Source: Moniliella sp. 'wahieum' (Eukaryota). Taken from it: 27,435 bases of DNA. Every line of letters begins with the position of its first letter. Position 1 is the stretch's first letter. A program made the position numbers and the translations under genes. Positions 1-9,859 of this stretch are shown in pieces. Under the pieces are notes generated by a model. It was not told where the DNA came from and ran no database searches. It worked only from the letters and a program-made list of their open reading frames with translations. The stretch lies in assembly GCA_003971905.1 (NCBI GenBank), contig RSEE01000107.1, positions 186,001 through 213,435 of the forward strand, read 5' to 3'.

Positions 1-743
1 CCCCAACGCGAACGCGCTGGCCGGGTTGCTGTTGGGACACTAGTGCGGGTGTGTCAAGGGCATAGCCGGACTCGCGCTCCCAGCCCCTTCCATCCATCGG
101 CCAGCTCCGCTAGTTCCGCGCGGGCGGAAGTGTGGCTGTCCGACATGCCTCCTTCTACAAGCCTGGCAGTCGTAGCTCACAGTCTTCTCTCTCTTCCACT
201 CCCTCCTCCTCCTCCCTCTCCGCTACTCTCTACTATCGCTCACACAAGCAATCAATCCCTCTCTCGTCTATTGAATATTGTGACCCCCCAGTTCTTGCTT
301 GCTGTCTCGCTTGGCATCGGGATCCGGTCACATCACTGTGTTAGAGGGGAGTGCTAGGGTTCTCCTGCGCGGCCCTCAATGGATCGGTGACGCTCGCAGG
401 CCGCGCACGCCCTGCGCGCTCCCTCCCTTCTCTCTCTCCTTTCTCCTTCCCATCAGACGTTGCTTGAAGACTTGTGGCTCACCACTTTGCCTTCACGCCT
501 TGTCTGAAGGCTGCTTTGCAGCTGATCCATAGGATCGCGAGTGCTCCCAAGTCGCACTCTAGCACACTGCTCCATATTTCAACAGCAACAACCAAAGGGT
601 GACCGGTGACTGGTGATGCCCAGTGCGTGGCTGCGACCAGCGGTGATGCAGGTGATGCTTAGGTCATCCCCGCACCCGCGTATAGGTAGGTCCACCCACG
701 ATCCACTGAGCCAGTCCCATTGCCGAGTCCAACCACCGCCGCC

Positions 744-2846
744 ATGGCCGACGCGCTGGCCCAGGCCGCGAGCCACGTAGCGAGCACCGCTGGGACAACG
801 CAGGGCTGCGCGTGCTTATGTCCGCGCACCAGCATGTCCTAGGCGCCCTCAACAGCGGGGCGTCCCCCAGTTCTGCGGATGAGGAGGCGTGCGCATGTGT
901 GCGGGCGGCCGGGCTGATGCCTGCAGTACTCGCAACGGCCCATGCGGCACTCCCTCTGCGGGTCGGGGCGCTGGCTAATGAGTGGACGGGGAATGTGCAG
1001 GCCACATTACAGTCTTTGGAGGGGCTTTTGAGGAACGACCAGCTTTGGCTTGCTGCCGTGGGTGCTGGCCCAGCGCAGCTAGCCCGGTACGCGGATCGCT
1101 TCGTGACGTCCTTGGGTGACCATCCGGCTTCTCTCCTCTTACGAGCGCCGCCGAGACGTTGTTGGAGCACAGCTTTTCTGTGTGGGTCACTTCGGACGCG
1201 CCTCCTACGTGGTCTGCCACCCTGCCTGGATCCGCATTTGTTGCCCATGCCGCCGCGCTGGGGTTGAGCCCTGCTCTGGACCGCACACTGGACATGGTCA
1301 CGCTCTCTTACATTGATCGACTGGCCAAGAAGGCCTGCGCCGACGATGGGGACCGCACAGCGCCCCAGTTGGCGTCAATCGTTGATTCAGTTCGGACTGG
1401 GGGGCTTCTTCGCATATCGCCCTCGTCCGAGCGCGGGTTCGGTCTCAGCTGGCGTGTTCTTCCGACGATGACGCTTCCCTTGTCTCTGCTGAAAAGAGTA
1501 CGGTGGACCAAATAGTGGTGCATGCGATTCTGTCTGCACGACTGGTTCAGTTTCGCTCCCTTGCTCGCGTTTCCTGCCTCTTCCCCGCGTTGAGGGACAT
1601 CCAGACGTGCCTTGATGCCTTGGCATCGTATCCTTCAAAGGGCGATTCCGACATTATCGCCCAGATGGCGCGCACTCTTCTTGCTTCCTGGCGCACATCC
1701 ATTCTCCTCCCCGCCACGCCTACCGATGCGCTGGTGGAATTCTTTGTACTACTGGTCCATGCTTGTCGCGCCACGCTTTCTGAGGGTGGACAGGTCCTGC
1801 TCTCCCATCTCGTCCCCCCTTTACGCGCTACGCTCCGCAGCCGAAGCGATACGATCGACGTGGTGGTGTCGGCACTGCTGGGAAAGGGGGCGGCATGCCA
1901 ACTACTTCGTCCTGCTTTCAAGCGGGTGTCAAACGGGCATGACCTTGATGGAGCAGACGGTCCTAGCGCGCTTGAACCTGATGACCCCGCCGACGAGGAT
2001 GATTCGGACGATGAGGCGGCGGTGCAGGACAGAGCATGGAAACCACGCCCGCGACATGCGGGGCCAGCTTATCGCCGCACGGGCCAGTCAGACGTGGTTG
2101 GATTGCTCGTCTCCATCTTTACCGATCGCCAAGGGTTCGTGAATGCTCTTGAGCGCGCGTTCGCTACCCAGCTCCTCCATTGCGAGGGTATGATGCGAGC
2201 GATCAGGTACGTCCCCCTAGCTCCTGCTCCTCCCTGCTTTGCGGTAGCCCATGCTGACGATACAATAGGCCCACCGCTCCAAAGCTTTGAGAGACCGGTT
2301 TGGAACGACAGCCCTGTCAAGTATCGACATGATGCTCCTCGACCTGGAGCGATCCTAGAGTGTCTCAGACAAAAACCAGAACGAGATGCAGGTGGAGCCC
2401 GTAATTGTGTCGCGACAATGCTGGCCCGACCTGACGGGGGAAACGCTATTTGGGCCTGAGACGCGCTTGCGCATCCCCGGATGGGATCTGCCATCGACGT
2501 TGCGATTACCGGAACGATGGGAGAAGGCGTGGGCTGATTGGAACCATACCTGGTCCCAGGTAGCCAGGGGCAGTGTGTTGCCCCATTGGCGGCTGGGTAC
2601 CGCTGATGTGACACTGACCATGGACGATGGGCGAGTACGCAAGTTCGAGGGACTAGATGCGGCGCAGGTGGGTGTGTTGGACCTGGCAGCTGAGCAAACT
2701 AACGTGGGTGAACTCTCTGTCTCGTTGGTTATGGAGCGTCTGGGGCTGGATCGTACCTCCGCTCGGAGGGCTATGTTCTTCTGGTCTGCGCAGGTGTGCT
2801 GAGCGAGGAAGGAGGAGATGTGTTTGTCATTGTCGAGCATGCATGA
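744..2846 (+). CDS. APC2: Anaphase-promoting complex subunit 2 (cullin-like), divergent; stitched across several frameshifts, one intron and one in-frame TAG
   Basis: Start gccgccATGG at 744. APC2-like segments: PALRDIQTCL, SILLPATPTDALVEFF, LRATLRSRSDTIDVVVSALL, WKPRPRHAG..R..SDVVGLLVSIF, LRDRFG..LSSIDMMLLDL, IVSRQCWPDL, FW..QGVLSE..VFVIVE then TGA 2844-2846. Intron 2207-2268 (GTACGT..CTGAC..TAG). Start and frameshift positions are inferred. Confidence 0.85.
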
Positions 2847-2849
2847 GCG

Positions 2850-5095
2850 CACGCGCATCAGAGCCAACTGGTTCACCTGCGGACCGTAGTTAGATGCGCC
2901 GCAGTAGCCCCAACCCGTAGAGCCACCATTGGTCGCCCCATAAAGTCCTACCACCGCTTCTTTGCCTGCGAACGAGAGGGTGCGCTGCCCGCCCCCGGCT
3001 CCGCCATACAGTCGCTCTTGCGTCCACTGGTTAGCTCGAGCTGGACCGCATCGAGCCATGCCCCGCTCCGCACGTGGATGGCAGCGAGTGTTCGCCGGGA
3101 CGAACGTCGAAGCGGTAGGCGGTGCCCCCTCCACCTGAGAGTTCACCCCAACGTGTGCCATCTGAGTAGGACCTCGATGCCATCCACAAACGCGCCCGCG
3201 CGAACGACAAAAGCAGTCAGTTGAACAGGCGAGTAACTGTCTTTAAATACATGCAACCGCTCAGGGCCGGCGAGTTGACCTGCGAGGAAGCCCTTGGCCA
3301 ATCCAAAGGGCACCCCGGGCAGACGGATGGGCACAACAAAGGCCTGCGTACGATAGTCCTCCACTACCGTCTGCCGCAGGTTGCATCCCACAATGTTGAG
3401 ACGCACCATGCGCGACGAAGGTGCAAGCACATCGTACCCGACCAGCGAGGACATCCACTTGGGATCGAGCAACAGAGAAGAGGGAGGAGCATGCCCGCCC
3501 TGCAACCCGGTAAACTCCACATGGGTAATCAGGTCACCGTCTCCCCCCTGGCCTTGGGGCTTGGTATAGACCTCAACAGCACCGATTCCACACGCAGCAC
3601 GGACTTCCAGGCCATTGACCCCGGGCTCATAGATGGGCTCAGCGGCACCACACGCGATACGCCTCGGGCCCGCCCTGAGGGTTGTAGAAGGGAAGAGGCG
3701 GGTCGGTAGGCAGGGCCTGGGATGGATGCCAGCGTCCCCGCACCGCCTGTAGACGGTGAAGGTAGTTCATGCCACTATCGTTGGCTGGAGTGATGGGGTT
3801 CACGTTCTCCTCGCCTGGGGCATGTCGTTGAGTGCGAGCGCCTTCGCGCGTCATGAAGGCCCGGTTCCACTCAACGTACCCCGGAGCATGATGCCTCCCG
3901 GCCAATGGGGGTTATTGAACGCATGGCCCACCTCGTGCACAAACGCACCCGAACCAATATTGAGCGTCTCGAATGCGTACCCGCACTCGCCTAGGTCGTT
4001 GACGCAGAATCGCTCGTCCGTCCGCTCGTGGTTTTGCATTGCCTCCGTCACCTCCCAGACCACTCGGAGCGGCCCAGATCCAGTGGCTGCCCATCACGCC
4101 AAACGAAAGCCCCCCCGGATCGGCGGAGCCGACCGCGGCATGTCCGCGTAGGAGAGGGATAGAAGGGTCCCAGTGCGTGTCGAGCACAAGGACAGCAATG
4201 GGGCCTTGGCGGGCCTGCTTGATGGCCTGGGGACACTGGGGCGAAGAGAGGGCTTCGTTGGCGAAGCTGTGCATTGCGCCACCATTCTTGGCTTTGGGGT
4301 TTTGCTGGGCATTGTCGGGGTCGAGAAACTCGCGCACCGTGTGGTCCGAGACGAGGATGTGCACAGTAGGGTATTCGCTCACCTCCCGCCGCCGGTTGGC
4401 ACAAGTAGGTTCGTCGTCCCCTGCACTGTCATCAAGGCAAAGGTCCGCCGACCCAGACCTTGGCGGTGCATCTGTTCCCCATGGAACGCTTGCCACAGGT
4501 ATGCCTGCAGAGCAAAGCGGCGCTTCACTTCGCTCAAGGAACGCAGGCGCTGAGCCTGTTCCCCAGGAGGGGCATCGACCAAGGCACGTGGAGATGCGCC
4601 TGAGCTGGTATGGTCGGCGATCTTGCGTCCCCACTGAGTCAACAGACCCGAATGGGATGAGGTGGGAGGCCCATCCGGGGCACGGAGAGCAGGACTGTCC
4701 TTGGCTACCAGGATGGCAAGGTGAAGCGGCGGAGTTCCTCGGTCCCGCTGGTACCAGATGCTGTAAGGGAGCTGGACGAGGCTGGGCTCGCGCTGCTGCC
4801 ACGCGCGGTCGTCATACAGCAAAATCTGGGAAGCATGTGTGTAATCGTGCTCGAACAGCTGGAGCGTCAGCTCGTTGGGGCCAGGAGAGAGCGGGACGAG
4901 GGCTTTAAACTGGCCGTGGTTGACTTGCCAGACGAGCGGGTCGTACTTGCCGTCGCGAGAGGTGACGAGAGCGTGCCTTGCGGCGCCGCATAGTTTTCCA
5001 CCACGCCTTGAAGGATGAGCACGCGCTGGTACACCGTCTCGCCGGTTGGCCACGTTCTGCACCACGATCTGGGGCACGCCCTTGGAACCAAGCAT
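2850..5095 (-). CDS. Putative zinc metallopeptidase (Metallopep/YIL108W-like) with C-terminal jacalin-like beta-prism domain; frameshifted
   Basis: ATG 5095. FKALVPLSPGPNEL, PPLHLAILVAKDSP, AYLWQAFHGEQM..GLGRRTF, LDTHWD, GHAAVG, HEVGHAFNNPH (HExxH at 3923-3937) followed by GIM Met-turn, jacalin-like VRAGAFVDGI / VRSGAWLDAVQ / GGAGGG / VVGLYG. The 3' end is approximate because the stop depends on the frame. Confidence 0.85.
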
Positions 5096-5283
5096 GGGTG
5101 GTGTCGGCTGTCGCAGCGCAGTCGGCGGAGGAGCGGCGGCAGCTCAGCAAAGCTCAGCCGAAGCGAACCAGCCCTGCGGTGGCGCCCGGCCCCTGGGTTT
5201 CAAATTGCACTTCCGGCGCACAGACGACTCTCGCTGCGTGCATAACCCTCTCTCTCGCTTAAATACAAAAGCAAACACCCAAT

Positions 5284-6937
5284 ATGATGGCAGCAGCGCC
5301 AACACCACACCATCTCCCTGTCCTCTGCCCTACACCTCGAGACGACCACCCGCCACACCCCCATTCTCACCTCCCCCATCGCCTCCTTCAGTGCGACAAC
5401 CAACTACATGCAGCCAGGACTGACGTCTGCCCGTCTGGAACGACTCGGAAAGGCCCACTCCTTCACCCGTGACTTCGTCGATGCGCAGCGACTCCGTCAA
5501 CACTCCCAGGTGCTCTCCGCCCGGTACCTCCTGTGATGCGCACAGACTGGATCCAAATCCACACACACTGTCTGAAAGCACGAAACCCGACCTCCAGCAC
5601 ATGAGCGGCGACGCACGGCCAAGTACGAACATGACCCCAGCACGCTCAAACGTGAGTTCTCCATTTTTCATCTTCCTCCTCTCTCCTCTGATTCGCACTA
5701 ACACCGATCGACATTGTAGGGATGAACGAGCGCCGGGACAGGCGAAGGGGCGAGCTCATCTCAACAAGCGCCTTTCTGGTGCTTTTGGCCGGGCCGGCAG
5801 AGTTCCGCCAGATCATGGGTCCGCCCACAAAGCGCAAAGCACCTACTGGGAAAGCAAAACAGCAGCGCCTAACGGTACGCACCATCTTTAGACTATTATA
5901 GGCCTGTGATTTCAGCACTGACAAGGAAAACAAGTTGGGCGTTCCCAATGGCCCAACCACGCGTCCAAAGGGTTTCATCAGCATTCTTCGAACCGAGTGG
6001 ACCATTCGATTCCACTTCTTTGTCCTCAGAGACCACGCTCGAGGAATCCTATTCGATCATCCTCTCTTCACATCTTCATATGAAGAAGAAGAGCAGGATC
6101 GCCTATTCGCTCCTTAAGAAATCCCAGTGATCATTCAGCGTACTCCAACGTACTCCACCAGCGAATACCAGAGGGTTGTAAGACGGACGGTTCCCCTCCC
6201 TCATCTGGTCCCTTTCCCCTCATTCGCACAGTCCTTCCAATCCTACTATCGATACTATCGGCAATTCTGATGAGTGCCAGAATCATGGTGAGGCAGATTC
6301 TTCTCCACCACCTGCACCATTCGCTCAGCGCCAAAGTCGTACTTCAGTGGTAACTATTTTACTGCTAACTACACGGTTCCGAATGCTTGGGAACGAGTCG
6401 AGACCCGCGTGTCACGCTTGGAACTTGAGCGCAGCCGCCGCCATCAGTTTCACCGAGGGCTCACAAAGAAGAAGGAGGTCGACTTCATGACGAGCACAAG
6501 GAGGCCAAGTACCAAGCCGAGAAGATCAATTGTACAGGTTCAACGCATTCTCTGACCATGCAACAAGCTGTGAAAGGGGCGCGGTCTTTCGCGAAAAATG
6601 GTACGAAAGATATCCTGCTCTGTTGTACTGGCTCCTAACTAACTCCCTATTATCCCCTCCTTGAAGCCCAGTGAGGGGCTGTCCACCGGTCCAGCCAGGT
6701 ATCAAGGAGCCTATGCCTACGTTGCCTTGCCCACAGCAGACACTGGATTTGAGTACTTCACAGGGTGACTTTATCCAGTTCCTTCCACCTTCGGAAGTTC
6801 CTCCCAACCTGATTGACAGTTGCCTTCCTCCGACGAGCAAGGGCAAAAATGTTGAACGGGTGCCCCTGGCCACTAGAACAAACCTCCGCGGGCGCCTATC
6901 AGTTTTAGCACGACCTCTCCCATGCTCCGGGCAATGA
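5284..6937 (+). CDS. Hypothetical spliced protein-coding gene, unknown function, frameshifted
   Basis: Canonical intron 5652-5719 (GTGAGT..CTAAC..TAG), which joins KYEHDPSTLK|RMNERRDRRRGEL. Possible second donor GTACGC at 5875. Patchy ORFs continue to 6937. Boundaries uncertain; no family recognised. Confidence 0.4.
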
Positions 6938-8166
6938 CGCTACTTGAAGCGCGGGAGTTGCTGGCAGGGGGGGGTTGAGGAAGGTTAATATCGTGTTTGC
7001 ACACGCCATGTGTACATCATGCAGGTAGCACATACTGTACCATTAATTAAAGGAATGTAGTTCTCTCTCTATGCGAGTCCTTCGGACACGAAGAAAATCT
7101 TCATCTTTGCTGTTATTTGATTCGTTTGCAGTCATCGGAGAGTGCACCGTGGTCATCACTACTTCACTTGCTGCGACTGGGGATAGCGACGTGGCCTTGG
7201 ACCACTAGCCACTGGCCACTCTCCGGCTTTAAGCGCTGTACTAATTAGGCATTCCACTATGGCGCGCTACTGTGGCGCGGGAAGAGCGAATGGCAATAGT
7301 CAATAGCAACTGGACAACTGCTTGCGATAAGCGCTACGCCCGAGCTCCATAACGTCCCCTTTCGAGACACTCCTCTCCGCCCATCAAGCATCAAGCTCAT
7401 CAAGCTTCAAGCTAGGTACGCCCTGGAGAGAGCGTGCCGAGCTACAATAATGAGCTAGTGAAAAAAGCGGTGCGGTGGGGGTGCGGGTGTGTGGGGTGCG
7501 GGGGTGGCGCGCGCTGGCGATCGCCGAAAAGACCAATAGATCGTTGGGCGTTATTGGGAGGCGTTGGGCGCGCATGGAATCCCTGCGAAAACAGTTCGCA
7601 CCGGCGAAGGGATGATTGATTGATGACACCGTGCTACTCTGCCGTGCTCTACCCTACTCAGCCACACAGGAGTCGCCGGCCGCCGTGCTCGCCCCATTGC
7701 GTATCGCCATGCGTTCGATGAGTCGTGAGAGATCGATGAGGGTCCGATCGGTGGTCACCGGTCACCGGTCGGCCAGCCAGGTTGGTCTGTGCTGTAGCTG
7801 CGTTCCACCGGTTTCCACCGTGTGGATTCTGGCGCCAGGCCGATGGGGGCCAGGAGGGGGCTCCGTGCCGGCGGCCATGCAGCGTGCTGAGAGGGACGCT
7901 GGTGCTGGGGCCTCCTGGGGCGCGCGGGGCGCGGCGCTGGCGAGCATGGCCCCCTCCCGCCCTCGGCGCGCGTGGCCAGCACAGCTGCCCCCGCAGCGGC
8001 GGCACCGTGTCTCTCCATTGCCCGCCAGCCCAGCGGGATGCACGGACCATGTGTTTTGCACCGGGCCTCCGCCGAGATATATTCCGGCCAGAAACCGCCA
8101 GCTGTAGCCTGCGCACGACATCCCCCCCTCCCGCTCTCTCTTACTCTGCACGTCCTGACTTCCACC

Positions 8167-9389
8167 ATGCCCCTCAACAACAACTCTATCCCCGTCCCGG
8201 TTGCGGACGGCAACAAGTCGCTTGTCCTCGCCAAGGTCGACACCATCTACTATGAGCAGCGCCCCGTCAAGCCCCCGGCCCCAACGAGGTCCAGGTCAAC
8301 ATCCGCCAGACTGGTGCGTCTTGCCCTTGCCCTCTGCCCCTCTTCGCTTCAGCACTGACCTTCGGCTCCTACCCAGGCATTTGCGGTAGCGATGTGCACT
8401 ACTGGAAGCACGGCTCCATCGGCGAGTTTGTTCTCACCGCGCCCATGGTCCTGGGCCACGAGTCGGCAGGCATTGTGACGTCGGTGGGCGCCAACGTGGA
8501 CAACCTCAAGGTCGGAGACCGCGTAGCGCTGGAGCCTGGTGTTCCGTGCTTCAAGTGCGAAAACTGCTTGGGCGGACAGTACAACCAGTGCCCCAAGATG
8601 ATCTTTGCTGCTACGCCGCCGTACGATGGTACGCTGGCCACGTACTACAACCTCCACTCGTCTTTTGCCCACAAGGTGCCGGACCACATGTCGCTCGAGG
8701 AGGCGTCCCTGATGGAGCCCCTGTCTGTGGCTGTGTACGCAACAGTCAACCGAGGTAAGGTGGCCCCACTGCAAAACGTGCTGGTTATTGGGGCTGGCCC
8801 GATCGGCTTGGGGTGTGGCGTGGCCCGCGGTTGGGGTGCGGCGGCCGTGACGGTGGTGGACCTGATTGACGACAAACTTACATTTGCCAAGGAGTTTGCC
8901 GCCACGCACACCTACAAGTCCTCCCGCCCGCTCGAGGGCGAGACACCTGCGCAGGCAGCCTTGCGCAACGCCAAGGCTGCTGTGAAGGTGTCGGGCGAGG
9001 AGGTGGTTGCGAATGGCGGGTTTGATTTGGTATTGGAGTGCACGGGTGCTCCCCTGTGTGGCGATGGGGATCAATGCCACCCGGCCAAAGGGCCGGTATG
9101 TCCAGGTAGGCATGGGCGTGGACAATGTGACGGTGCCGCTGGCCTATGTCAATGTGCGGGAGGTGGGTGGAGATTACGGGTTCGTTCCGATACGGGGCGG
9201 GGACGTACCGTACGGCCATTGACTTGGTCGCTTCGGGGAAGCTGCCGATCTCTAAGATTGTCACCCACCGCTTTACATTCGATGAGGCCATCAAGGCCTT
9301 CGAGACGACGGCCGCGGGTAAAGGTCCAGATGGCCGCGTCGGTCAAGGTGCAGATCAGCCAAGGCCCTGCTGATCCCAAGTTCGCTTAA
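8167..9389 (+). CDS. Zn-dependent sorbitol/xylitol dehydrogenase (medium-chain dehydrogenase), NAD-type; about 4 apparent frameshifts
   Basis: ATG 8167. Intron 8314-8376 joins TG|ICGSDVH. MVLGHESAG, GDRVALEPG, structural Zn CxxCxxC..C (CFKCENCLGGQYNQC), GAGPIG, Asp in VDL, ECTGA, GSFRY. TAA 9387-9389. Confidence 0.93.
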
Positions 9390-9859
9390 CCGCCAACTCA
9401 CTTCTCTTTCCTTTCTGTCTGGTGGCTTTGTGTACCCTTAAATTGTCACCCCCTTCATGTGCTTGCTAGTGCAAGCCCCTCATACCATGTTCCCCGCTGG
9501 CGAGGCTCGAGGGTCAGATGAAGCCCTACGTTGCAGTTTTTGCGAGCGAAACCCGTACCAGCCGAAACTGATCAGGGATGTCCTAGTCGTGTACACGTCA
9601 ATGCGGAATAGTTTCCACGCTCGGATTTCGCATGAGATGTGAGAGCGCATCAGCCTTTTTGACAGCCAAGCGGGCATGGTCAAAGTGGATCGCTCAGGGA
9701 CGATTTTGAATCCACTCAGTCAGTACTCACCTTGGTTGCTTGGTCCTGGCGTCGACAGCAGTGGGAGCTACTAAACCCTAGCCTTTAGGTACGCGGGACT
9801 CACTGCAAGATTGGTAATTGGTAATTGGTTATGCGAGAATGAGAGGGATGATGTGGCCC

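Noticed and set aside
43..532. Short ORFs at the window start
   Set aside because: They derive from CT-rich low-complexity sequence, more like promoter or UTR, and show no protein motif.
3905..3937. HEVGHAFNNPH lacking the metzincin Gly as a sign of inactivity
   Set aside because: All three His, the catalytic Glu and the Met-turn are retained. Asn is a tolerated turn residue.
9811..9830. TTGGTAA x3 near the TRM2 3' end, and CATCAAG-like repeats at about 7382-7412
   Set aside because: Very short slippage-type repeats with no supporting context.
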